From Nemertoderma westbladi (lineage: Eukaryota > Animalia > Xenacoelomorpha), in NCBI GenBank assembly GCA_032718475.1, contig JAUCBJ010003885.1, forward strand, positions 37,845 through 101,844: a DNA stretch of 64,000 nucleotides. Direction: 5' to 3'. This document shows positions 13,376-25,675 of this stretch, one piece after another. Position 1 is the first letter of the stretch; every line of letters starts with the position of its first letter. Made by a program: the position numbers and the translations under genes. The notes below the pieces were generated by a model, which was not told the origin of the DNA, did no database searches, and saw nothing but the letters and a program-made list of their open reading frames with translations.

Positions 13376-14519
13376 GTGAGTGCATATGGAACACATTGTT
13401 TCCTAGGTATTGAGTAGAGTATTCTATAGGCAGGCAATCGTCTGTGGATTAGATCTTAGTTTACATCTATTGTCTGAAAACATGCAGAAACAATTTCCAA
13501 AGTTGGTAGGGCCTACTACTTGGTCATGTCGACACCCCTGACCAATTTTTTTTACCTGTAACTTTTTGTGTTTTTTAACGATTTTTTTTTGATATTGGTG
13601 AATGTTCTAGAACATTAGTAGATACAGTATATTTTTTATGGTAGCTAGTGTTTTTTTAAAATAACAAATTGATGGTCCCAAAGTTTTCTTTAAATCGCCA
13701 TAAAATGATTAAAATATTGCTAAAATTTCCCTTTACGAAAGGAAATTTTAGCCGAATAACCTAGGAGACGCCACTTGGATACAACATTTTGTTATATTTG
13801 TAGTTAGTATCTATGGATCACAACTTTTGCCTTTATTTATCTCGCTAAACTATAAAAATATTACCGGTACGTGTTTTTCGTTTTTTTGTCAACAATTATT
13901 ACTGATAGACAAAGAGGCCTTTACATGGACAATAGGTAAAAATTGGTGACACAGTTAATAATTAATACAACTCCAGAGCGATGTAGTCGTACGATTATAC
14001 AGTATTAGGCCTACTGTGTATTGTTGTGTAAGGTCAATGGGTGACAAAATGATAAAGCGAAATAAGTTAGAATCTCAGAGAGCGGATACTGAAAACGCAG
14101 GTGAAAAACGAGGTACGAAAAACGGTAACGATGTAGATGGCGGGGGTCGAAACTTCCGGTTTAATTACGCGTGTAGAAGAATCGACTTACAGGTTGAACC
14201 AGAACATTTACCCGGTACACTCATCGACTTTGATACATATTGGTAGGTTTTCCAAGCCCACCCAGTTACTGTAGTGCTTATAAAATCGACTTTGACTGTT
14301 CGCTATATTACTGTATTAGAATTACGGTATTGCTGACCATATACAGTAATTAATGCTCCCAACAGACAGATCGGGGGCCATGATGCAATCAGAACTGAGT
14401 CATCTTCACAGGAAATCAACACAAATATCACCATGTATTGCGTTTAATTTTATTATGCGTTTACTTTGAAGGAAGTTTTCTCTACCCCCCCCCATCCCCC
14501 CCTTTTTCTCTATTTTCAG

Positions 14520-14682
14520 GGTAAATCTTCTGCAAGCTGAGGACCAACAAGATTTTGTGGATACGATTGTTGCTGAATTTGTCGACAACGTGTTGGAAAA
14601 ATGTTACGAATCTTATCTAAAGAGTCAACTAATTCCCTATACTGTGGTGGAAACAAAGAAAACATTACTTGAAATCATAGAG
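14520..14682 (+). CDS. C2orf81: C2orf81-like exon 2
   Basis: ttttcag|G acceptor; VNLLQAEDQQDFVDTIVAEFVDNVLEKCYESYLKSQLIPYTVVETKKTLLEIIE; donor GAG|gtaata. Confidence 0.88.
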
Positions 14683-15043
14683 GTAATAATTTTATAAGAA
14701 ATACACGCATGCATGCACTCATGAATGGTGCATGAAAGTTTTATTAATATTAGGGGCGAGCCACTATGTCTAGGTGTGTCTTTGCGTAGCGGTATAATTA
14801 GTAAACCCCCCTGTCTCTGTCGTCGTTGTTGGTAATGTTTTAACAGTAATAAATCGGTCAATCTTCTCTTAAAAGTTTAGAGATTCATAGTTCCCCTACC
14901 GGCCGCGGGGAGAGTGACCATGTCAATAAATTATATACACAAAGGCTCATCTATACTTCATGCTGCACGAATCTCCGCACTCGTGTGTAGACTACTGTAT
15001 ATCAGCTGACAGTCCAACAGCTACAGTGAGAAGTTGTATTTTA

Positions 15044-15257
15044 CGGGTGTAAACGTTGCACCGACACTGCCGACAGTTTTGGCATAACGTTGCGCCGACA
15101 GTGTCGGTATTACGTTGTGCCGACAGTGTCGGCACAACGTGACGCCGATACTGTCGGCACAACGAAACGCCGATACTGTCGGCACAACGTAAGGCCGACA
15201 CTGTCGGCACATTGTCAGCACATTATCTGCACAGTGTCGGTACAAAGTATACACCCG
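15044..15257. mobile_element. MITE with ~26-bp TIRs and internal palindromic GCCGACA.TGTCGGC subrepeats
   Basis: cgggtgtaaacgttgcaccgacactg ... cagtgtcggtacaaagtatacacccg; 7-bp flanking direct repeat TATTTTA (15037-15043, 15258-15264). Confidence 0.7.
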
Positions 15258-15293
15258 TATTTTACTTAACTCTTATTGTTTTTTTCCTTTTAG

Positions 15294-15472
15294 TGGCAGT
15301 TTTTAGAACGCGATGTTGGAGACGTTGACCTCAGTATCTGGGGTGAGGATGACGAACCCCCCATGGCGATAACAGACAGTTGGGCTCAAGGATCTATACC
15401 GTTGTCAAGGCAACGTATAGAATCTGCCAGTGCCGTGTCATCTGAGAATTCTAGTCTTGTTTCAGGAGACAG
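15294..15472 (+). CDS. C2orf81: C2orf81-like exon 3
   Basis: ttttag|TGG; WQFLERDVGDVDLSIWGEDDEPPMAITDSWAQGSIP matches the family motif W.F..RD.G...WGEDEEP....DSWAQGS.P; donor AG|gtgact. Confidence 0.92.
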
Positions 15473-15625
15473 GTGACTTGTTAATCAACTAACAGTAGTA
15501 GGCCTACGTTGATAATAATAATTGTGTTTTTATTTTAATAATATAAAATTACGACAGAAAATCAACGCTATGGGAATATCAGTTAAAGTTTGGTTAGAAT
15601 GATTTTGTTTCGTTTTATATTTTAG

Positions 15626-15724
15626 TTCTAGAAGTGAAACTCGGCTAAGAGAAACATCATCAAAACGAAGTAGCAGACCTCAAACTGGTAGAAGTAGAAG
15701 TCGAGACGAAGATAATATTGTCTT
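15626..15724 (+). CDS. C2orf81: C2orf81-like exon 4
   Basis: ttttag|T acceptor, open phase 2-2 Ser/Arg-rich exon, donor TT|gtaagt. Confidence 0.75.
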
Positions 15725-15922
15725 GTAAGTGTGGTTTAACTACTACAGTATGCTACTTCCCACCCATTCATCATCATTATTATGAATATATTTATAGGCC
15801 ATTTTACTAGCAGGAAACTGACCACCCGGTAGGCTACCGCTACCGTATGTATGTCGATACAAATTTTCGTGCGGGATGATTGTAAAAAAATCACCAGACC
15901 CCGCCCGTGGGTAACCTGTAAC

Positions 15923-16859
15923 CATGACCTACTATAGATACGACCCGCCAAGCTGCTGCAAAGCCCCTAAATTTAGTGGGCCAGTTATTTCTCTTAGATA
16001 GAAACCCTGAAACAATATGTCTAGAGCGTCGAAATTAGCGCGTAATGAATTTTCATTATGAAATTTGTGCTACTTGTATTTTTCGTGCCGCACATTGACA
16101 CGTATCCAAAAAAGCCGTAATCAACAAGGTGCGATATTTTCAAATGTCATATTCGTGATCAGCATCCCAAAAAAACCACATGGTCATAAAATCTTAAAAA
16201 TCATAAAATATTTGTTTTCGTTGTGATTTTTCATTATCATATTTCCACTATTTGTTTTTTTCGTGTTCCAGGGGCACAAATAACTGACTAATAATTAATA
16301 TAACAACATGCCTATGTTTTTATATTACACAACTCTTCGATATGTTTGATGTAGAGCAATAAACCTTCCCAATGAAATCAGCACATTCTAAAACCTCAGG
16401 AGCCAAACTGTATGGCCAATTTACCACGTTTGAAAAAAGTGCTACTGTAGTTGCACTTTAGGTGCTCTTTCAGTATATATTGATAAAAAAATGAAAATGT
16501 TGCTTCTAATCGTGCTTTCGATTACTAATAATGAATTCAACTAACCAAAAAAGCATCGTATGGTTTCATGGCGTTATACCCAAGTCTTTGAAGGGTGATG
16601 TATTTGGTGTAATTTTATCAATTCCGAAAGGTTCCGAAATGGTATGGGTGCTCCCAGGAACTCCACATATCTCGAAAACTACTGGAGCTATTAACTTTTT
16701 ATTTGTCTCATCTGAAAGAGGACATAATTTTAGTTAGGGACAAGTACTTTCGACGCGCTAGACCTATTGTTTCAGGGGTTCTATCTAAGAGAAATAACTG
16801 CCCCACTAAATTTAGGGGCTTTGCAACAGCTTGGCGGGTCGTGTCTATAGTAGGTCATG
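15923..16859. mobile_element. Non-autonomous DNA transposon with ~115-bp TIRs (CATG termini, P-element-like)
   Basis: catgacctactatagatacgacccgccaagctg... is inverted at ...cagcttggcgggtcgtgtctatagtaggtcatg; flanks CTGTAAC/CTCTAAC (7-bp TSD, 1 mismatch). Superfamily assignment is tentative. Confidence 0.8.
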
Positions 16860-17014
16860 CTCTAACGATAATACATCCTCAGGCCTCGTACTGTATTATA
16901 ATTTTCAATCGTTAAAAAGGATATGAAAGTACTGTACCTAGCAGTGTCATCAGGTAGTGTTTACCAATATTTTAATTATAAGCCAACCTAGCCGTAGGGT
17001 GATTTCCTTTATAG

Positions 17015-17111
17015 GTTCGAGTCTGCCCGGGATGTTGACGTAGAAGTAAAAGTGGCAGATGAAGTGATTAAAACGGATAAGGCCGTAAAGACCAAATTTG
17101 TTCCTCATAGG
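17015..17111 (+). CDS. C2orf81: C2orf81-like exon 5
   Basis: ttcctttatag|G; FESARDVDVEVKVADEVIKTDKAVKTKFVPHR; donor AGG|gtatgt; phase 2-0 fits both neighbours. Confidence 0.75.
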
Positions 17112-17580
17112 GTATGTGTTCAGTTAAATCTGATAGTTACTGTGTCACTGTGTTGGTACTTGTTAGTGCAGTCAATAGACTGTAGCAAAAATAGATAGTA
17201 ATCCAAAACGTAGACTATTCGTAATTCATTCGAACCAAATTTGGTTGATTCTACATTATCTGGCTAAAATAGCCCAATACATTATACAACAGTGTATAAA
17301 ATTAGCCTATATTATGTGGAGCATGTTACAGTGGCGTTGTTTTCTAACCAAAACAATAAACGAAACTTTATTTCACTGATGACTTTTCTGACTTGCCGTC
17401 AATTTGCGCCATTATCTTTAGGGCTACTTCAACTACGATTGTGATACTAAATAAACCAAAATAAATTAATCTTAAAATCCATACAGAAAGCGCAACTTCA
17501 TACTGTAAAAGTTAATAGTGGAAATTGTGAAATTTTGACAAAATTTGACAATTTTTGATACATTTAATAATTGGATACAA

Positions 17581-20500
17581 CTTATCGTATAGCCTACTTA
17601 TCGTATAGCCTACTTATCGTATAGCCTACTTATCGTATAGCCTACTTATCGTATAGCCTACTTATCGTATAGCCTACTTATCGTATAGCCTACTTATCGT
17701 ATAGCCTACTTATCGTATAGCCTACTTATCGTATAGCCTACTTATCGTATAGCCTACTTATCGTATAGCCTACTTATCGTATAGCCTACTTATCGTATAG
17801 CCTACTTATCGTATAGCCTACTTACTTATCGTATAGCCTACTTATCGTATAGCCTACTTATCGTATAGCCTACTTATCGTATAGCCTACTTATCGTATAG
17901 CCTACTTATCGTATAGCCTACTTATCGTATAGCCTACTTATCGTATAGCCTACTTATCGTATAGCCTACTTATCGTATAGCCTACTTATCGTATAGCCTA
18001 CTTATCGTATAGCCTACTTATCGTATAGCCTACTTATCGTATAGCCTACTTATCGTATAGCCTACTTATCGTATAGCCTACTACTTATCGTATAGCCTAC
18101 TTATCGTATAGCCTACTTATCGTATAGCCTACTTATCGTATAGCCTACTTATCGTATAGCCTACTTATCGTATAGCCTACTTATCGTATAGCCTACTTAT
18201 CGTATAGCCTACTTATCGTATAGCCTACTTATCGTATAGCCTACTTATCGTATAGCCTACTTATCGTATAGCCTACTTATCGTATAGCCTACTTATCGTA
18301 TAGCCTACTTACTTATCGTATAGCCTACTTATCGTATAGCCTACTTATCGTATAGCCTACTTATCGTATAGCCTACTTATCGTATAGCCTACTTATCGTA
18401 TAGCCTACTTATCGTATAGCCTACTTATCGTATAGCCTACTTATCGTATAGCCTACTTATCGTATAGCCTACTTATCGTATAGCCTACTTATCGTATAGC
18501 CTACTTATCGTATAGCCTACTTATCGTATAGCCTACTTATCGTATAGCCTACTTATCGTATAGCCTACTTATCGTATAGCCTACTTATCGTATAGCCTAC
18601 TTATCGTATAGCCTACTTATCGTATAGCCTACTTATCGTATAGCCTACTTATCGTATAGCCTACTTATCGTATAGCCTACTTATCGTATAGCCTACTTAT
18701 CGTATAGCCTACTTATCGTATAGCCTACTTATCGTATAGCCTACTTATCGTATAGCCTACTTATCGTATAGCCTACTTATCGTATAGCCTACTTATCGTA
18801 TAGCCTACTTATCGTATAGCCTACTTATCGTATAGCCTACTTATCGTATAGCCTACTTATCGTATAGCCTACTTATCGTATAGCCTACTTATCGTATAGC
18901 CTACTTATCGTATAGCCTACTTATCGTATAGCCTACTTATCGTATAGCCTACTTATCGTATAGCCTACTTATCGTATAGCCTACTTATCGTATAGCCTAC
19001 TTATCGTATAGCCTACTTATCGTATAGCCTACTTATCGTATAGCCTACTTATCGTATAGCCTACTTATCGTATAGCCTACTTATCGTATAGCCTACTTAT
19101 CGTATAGCCTACTTATCGTATAGCCTACTTATCGTATAGCCTACTTATCGTATAGCCTACTTATCGTATAGCCTACTTATCGTATAGCCTACTTATCGTA
19201 TAGCCTACTTATCGTATAGCCTACTTATCGTATAGCCTACTTATCGTATAGCCTACTTATCGTATAGCCTACTTATCGTATAGCCTACTTATCGTATAGC
19301 CTACTTATCGTATAGCCTACTTATCGTATAGCCTACTTATCGTATAGCCTACTTATCGTATAGCCTACTTATCGTATAGCCTACTTATCGTATAGCCTAC
19401 TTATCGTATAGCCTACTTATCGTATAGCCTACTTATCGTATAGCCTACTTATCGTATAGCCTACTTATCGTATAGCCTACTTATCGTATAGCCTACTTAT
19501 CGTATAGCCTACTTATCGTATAGCCTACTTATCGTATAGCCTACTTATCGTATAGCCTACTTATCGTATAGCCTACTTATCGTATAGCCTACTTATCGTA
19601 TAGCCTACTTATCGTATAGCCTACTTATCGTATAGCCTACTTATCGTATAGCCTACTTATCGTATAGCCTACTTATCGTATAGCCTACTTATCGTATAGC
19701 CTACTTATCGTATAGCCTACTTATCGTATAGCCTACTTATCGTATAGCCTACTTATCGTATAGCCTACTTATCGTATAGCCTACTTATCGTATAGCCTAC
19801 TTATCGTATAGCCTACTTATCGTATAGCCTACTTATCGTATAGCCTACTTATCGTATAGCCTACTTATCGTATAGCCTACTTATCGTATAGCCTACTTAT
19901 CGTATAGCCTACTTATCGTATAGCCTACTTATCGTATAGCCTACTTATCGTATAGCCTACTTATCGTATAGCCTACTTATCGTATAGCCTACTTATCGTA
20001 TAGCCTACTTATCGTATAGCCTACTTATCGTATAGCCTACTTATCGTATAGCCTACTTATCGTATAGCCTACTTATCGTATATCCTACTTACTTATCGTA
20101 TAGCCTACTTATCGTATAGCCTACTTATCGTATAGCCTACTTATCGTATAGCCTACTTATCGTATAGCCTACTTATCGTATAGCCTACTTATCGTATAGC
20201 CTACTTATCGTATATCCTACTTACTTATCGTATAGCCTACTTATCGTATAGCCTACTTATCGTATAGCCTACTTATCGTATAGCCTACTTATCGTATAGC
20301 CTACTTATCGTATAGCCTACTTATCGTATAGCCTACTTATCGTATAGCCTACTTATCGTATAGCCTACTTATCGTATAGCCTACTTATCGTATAGCCTAC
20401 TTATCGTATATCCTACTTACTTATCGTATAGCCTACTTATCGTATATCCTACTTATCGTATAGCCTACTTATCGTATAGCCTACTTATCGTATAGCCTAC

Positions 20501-21680
20501 TTATCGTATAGCCTACTTATCGTATAGCCTACTTATCGTATAGCCTACTTATCGTATAGCCTACTTATCGTATAGCCTACTTATCGTATAGCCTACTTAT
20601 CGTATAGCCTACTTATCGTATATCCTACTTATCGTATAGCCTACTTATCGTATAGCATACTTATCGTATAGCATACTTATCGTATAGCCTACTTATCGTA
20701 TAGCCTACTTATCGTATAGCCTACTTATCGTATAGCCTACTTATCGTATAGCATACTTATCGTATAGCTTACTTATCGTATAGCCTACTTATCGTATAGC
20801 CTACTTATCGTATAGCCTACTTATCGTATAGCCTACTTATCGTATAGCATACTTATCGTATAGCCTACTTATCGTATAGCCTACTTATCGTATAGCCTAC
20901 TTATCGTATAGCCTACTTATCGTATAGCCTACTTATCGTATAGCCTACTTATCGTATAGCCTACTTATCGTATAGCCTACTTATCGTATAGCCTACTTAT
21001 CGTATAGCCTACTTATCGTATAGCCTACTTATCGTATAGCATACTTATCGTATAGCCTACTTATCGTATAGCCTACTTATCGTATAGCCTACTTATCGTA
21101 TAGCCTACTTATCGTATAGCCTACTTATCGTATAGCCTACTTATCGTATAGCCTACTTATCGTATAGCCTACTTATCGTATAGCCTACTTATCGTATAGC
21201 CTACTTATCGTATAGCCTACATATCGTATAGCCTACATATCGTATAGCCTACTTATCGTATAGCCTACTTATCGTATAGCCTACTTATCGTATAGCCTAC
21301 TTATCGTATAGCCTACTTATCGTATAGCCTACTTATCGTATAGCCTACTTATCGTATAGCCTACTTATCGTATAGCCTACTTATCGTATAGCCTACTTAT
21401 CGTATAGCCTACTTATCGTATAGCCTACTTATCGTATAGCCTACTTATCGTATAGCCTACTTATCGTATAGCCTACTTATCGTATAGCCTACTTATCGTA
21501 TAGCCTACTTATCGTATAGCCTACTTATCGTATAGCCTACTTATCGTATAGCCTACTTATCGTATAGCCTACTTATCGTATAGCCTACTTATCGTATAGC
21601 ATACTTATCGTATAGCCTACTTATCGTATAGCCTACTTATCGTATAGCCTACATATCGTATAGCCTACTTATCGTAGGCT
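17581..21680 (+). repeat. 16-bp tandem satellite (CTTATCGTATAGCCTA), ~255 copies, in intron 5
   Basis: Period of 16 read directly; near-invariant core with variants concentrated towards the ends. Confidence 0.97.
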
Positions 21681-21860
21681 ACTTTTACTTATTCTATAAT
21701 TCAATTGATTTATAAAAGTAAAAGTAACATTTTTGTCCGAATTTTCTATGAATAGTAAAAGCATATTTTTTAATATTTTTTGCATATTTTTTAATTATTA
21801 GGGATATTTATTAACAGCAATGGCCTCTGTGTTGTACTGTATTTTGACACAATATTATAG

Positions 21861-21986
21861 GGTCCATTACCACAACCGCGCGTCGGATCTACGTTAACAT
21901 CGATAGATAAAACGGAAGAAAGAATTACTAAATCCGAAGGTGTCGGTGATGAAACCTCCCAGAAAGATGTGTCCAGCACCAAAAAG
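21861..21986 (+). CDS. C2orf81: C2orf81-like exon 6
   Basis: attatag|GGT; GPLPQPRVGSTLTSIDKTEERITKSEGVGDETSQKDVSSTKK; donor AAG|gtaact; phase 0-0. Confidence 0.8.
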
Positions 21987-24900
21987 GTAACTCATTAACT
22001 CGTTCCCTTAGGACTCAGAAAGATGTGTCCAGCACCCAAAAGGTAACTCATTAGCTCGTTCCCTTAGGAACCAGAAAGATGTGTCCAGCACCAAAAAGGT
22101 AACTCATTTACTCGTTCCCGTAGGACCCAGAAAAATGTGTCCAGCACCAAAAAGGTAACTCATTAACTCGTTCCCGTAGGACCCAGAAAGATGTGTCCAG
22201 CACCAAAAAGGTAACTCATTAACTCGTTCCCGTAGGACCCAGAAAGATGTGTCCAGCACCAAAAAGGTAACTCATTAACTCGTTCCCGTAGGACCCAGAA
22301 AGATGTGTCCAGCACCAAAAAGGTAACTCATTAACTTGTTCCCATAGGACCCAGAAAGATGCGTCCAGCACCAAAAAGGTAACTCATTAACTCGTTCCCG
22401 TAGGACCCAGAAAGATGCGTCCAGCACCAAAAAGGTAACTCATTAACTCGTTCCCGTAGGACCCAGAAAGATGTGTCCAGCACCAAAAAGGTAACTCTTT
22501 AACTCGTTCCCGTAGGACCCAGAAAGATGTGTCCAGCACCAAAAAGGTAACTCATTTACTCGTTCCCATAAGACCCAAAAAGATGTGTCCAGCACCAAAA
22601 AGGTAACTCATTAACTCGTTCCCGTAGGACCCACAAAGATGTGTCCAGCACCAAAGAGGTAACTCATTAACTCGTTCCCGTAGGACCCAGAAAGATGTGT
22701 CCAGCACCAAAAAGGTAACTCATTAACTCGTTCCCATAGGACCCAGAAAGATGTGTCCAGCACCAAAAAGGTAACTCATTAACTCGTTCCCGTAGGAACC
22801 AGAAAGATGTGTCCAGCACCAAAAAGGTAACTCATTAACTCGTTCCCGTAGGACCCAGAAAGATGTGTCCAGCACCAAAAAGGTAACTCATTTACTCGTT
22901 CCCGTAGGACCCAGAAAGATGTGTCCAGCACCAAAAAGGTAACTCATTTACTCGTTCCCATAGGACCCAAAAAGATCTGTCCAGCACCAAAAAGGTAACT
23001 CATTAACTCGTTCCCTTAGGACCCAGAAAGATGTGTCCAGCACCAAAAAGGTAACTCATTTACTCGTTCCCATAGGACCCAGAAAGATGTGTCCAGCACC
23101 GAAAAGGTAACTCATTAACTCGTTCCCGTAGGACCCAGAAAGATGTGTCCAGCACCAAAAAGGTAACTCATTTACTCGTTCCCATAGGACCCAAAAAGAT
23201 CTGTCCAGCACCAAAAAGGTAACTCATTAACTCGTTCCCTTAGGACCCAGAAAGATGTGTCCAGCACCAAAAAGGTAACTCATTTACTCGTTCCCATAGG
23301 ACCCAGAAAGATGTGTCCAGCACCAAAAAGGTAACTCATTTACTCGTTCCCATAGGACCCAAAAAGATGTGTCCAGCACCAAAAAGGTAACTCATTAACT
23401 CGTTCCCGTAGGACCCAGAAAGATGTGTCCAGCACCAAAAAGGTAACTCATTTACTCGTTCCCATAGGACCCAAAAAGATCTGTCCAGCACCAAAAAGGT
23501 AACTCATTAACTCGTTCCCTTAGGACCCAGAAAGATGTGTCCAGCACCAAAAAGGTAACTCATTTACTCGTTCCCATAGGACCCAGAAAGATGTGTCCAG
23601 CACCAAAAAGGTAACTCATTTACTCGTTCCCATAGGACCCAAAAAGATGTGTCCAGCACCAAAAAGGTAACTCATTAACTCGTTCCCTTAGGACCCAGAA
23701 AGTTGTGTCCAGCACCAAAAAGGTAACTCATTAACTCGTTCCCGTAGGACCCAGAAAGATGTGTCCAGCACCAAAAAGGTAACTCATTAACTCGTTCCCG
23801 TAGGACCCAGAAAGATGTGTCCAGCACCAAAAAGGTAACTCATTAACTCGTTCCCGTAGGACCCAGAAAGATATGTCCAGCACCAAAAAGGTAACTCATT
23901 AACTCGTTCCCATAGGACCCAGAAAGATGTGTCCAGCACCAAAAAGGTAACTCATTAACTCGTTCCCGTAGGACCCAGAAAGTTGTGTCCAGCACCAAAA
24001 AGGTAACTCATTAACTCGTTCCCGTAGGACCCAGAAAGATGTGTCCAGCACCAAAAAGGTAACTCATTAACTCGTTCCCGTAGGACCCAGATAGATGTGT
24101 CCAGCACCAAAAAGGTAACTCATTAACTCGTTCCCTTAGGATCATTAACTCGTTCCCGTAGGACCCAGAAAGATGTGTCCAGCACCAAAAAGGTAACTCA
24201 TTAACTCGTTCCCGTAGGACCCAGAAAGATGTGTCCAGCACCAAAAAGGTAACTCATTAACTCGTTCCCGTAGGACCCAGAAAGATGTGTCCAGCACCAA
24301 AAAGGTAACTAATTAACTCGTTCCCGTAGGACCCAGAAAGATGTGTCCAGCACCAAAAAGGTAACTCATTTACTCGTACCCATAGGACCCAGAAAGATGT
24401 GTCCAGCACCGAAAAGGTAACTCATTAACTCGTTCCCGTAGGACCCAGAAAGATGTGTCCAGCACCAAAAAGGTAACTCATTTACTCGTTCCCATAGGAC
24501 CCAGAAAGATGTGTCCAGCACCAAAAAGGTAACTCATTTACTCGTTCCCATAGGACCCAAAAAGATGTGTCCAGCACCAAAAAGGTAACTCATTAACTCG
24601 TTCCCTTAGGACCCAGAAAGATGTGTCCAGCACCAAAAAGGTAACTCATTAACTCGTTCCCGTAGGACCCAGAAAGATGTGTCCAGCACCAAAAAGGTAA
24701 CTCATTAACTCGTTCCCGTAGGACCCAGAAAGATGTGTCCAGCACCAAAAAGGTAACTCATTAACTCGTTCCCATAGGACCCAGAAAGATGTGTCCAGCA
24801 CCAAAAAGGTAACTCATTAACTCGTTCCCGTAGGACCCAGAAAGATGTGTCCAGCACCAAAAAGGTAACTCATTAACTCGTTCCCGTAGGACCCAGAAAG

Positions 24901-25675
24901 ATGTGTCCAGCACCAAAAAGGTAACTCATTAACTCGTTCCCGTAGGACCCAGAAAGATGTGTCCAGCACCAAAAAGGTAACTCATTAACTCGTTCCCTTA
25001 GGATCATTAACTCGTTCCCTTAGGACCCAGAAAGATGTGTCCAGCACCAAAAAGGTAACTCATTAACTCGTTCCCATAGGACCCAAAAAGATGTGTCCAG
25101 CACCAAAAATGTAACTCATTAACTCGTTCCCGTAGGACCCAGAAAGATGTGTCCAGCACCAAAAAGGTAACTCATTAACTCGTTCCCGTAGGACCCAGAA
25201 AGATGTGTCCAGCACCAAAAAGGTAACTCATTAACTTGTTCCCATAGGACCCAGAAAGATGCGTCCAGCACCAAAAAGGTAACTCATTAACTCGTTCCCG
25301 TAGGACCCAGAAAGATGTGTCCAGCACCAAAAAGGTAACTCTTTAACTCGTTCCCGTAGGACCCAGAAAGATGTGTCCAGCACCAAAAAGGTAACTCATT
25401 TACTCGTTCCCATAGGACCCAAAAAGATGTGTCCAGCACCAAAAAGGTAACTCATTAACTCGTTCCCGTAGGACCCACAAAGATGTGTCCAGCACCAAAA
25501 AGGTAACTCATTAACTCGTTCCCGTAGGACCCAGAAAGATGTGTCCAGCACCAAAAAGGTAACTCATTAACTCGTTCCCATAGGACCCAGAAAGATGTGT
25601 CCAGCACCAAAAAGGTAACTCATTAACTCGTTCCCGTAGGACCCAGAAAGATATGTCCAGCACCAAAAAGGTAAT
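21958..25675 (+). repeat. 56-bp tandem array derived from the exon 6/intron 6 junction, left block, ~66 units
   Basis: Unit CCCAGAAAGATGTGTCCAGCACCAAAAAGGTAACTCATTAACTCGTTCCCGTAGGA; the first copy overlaps the 3' end of exon 6. Confidence 0.97.
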
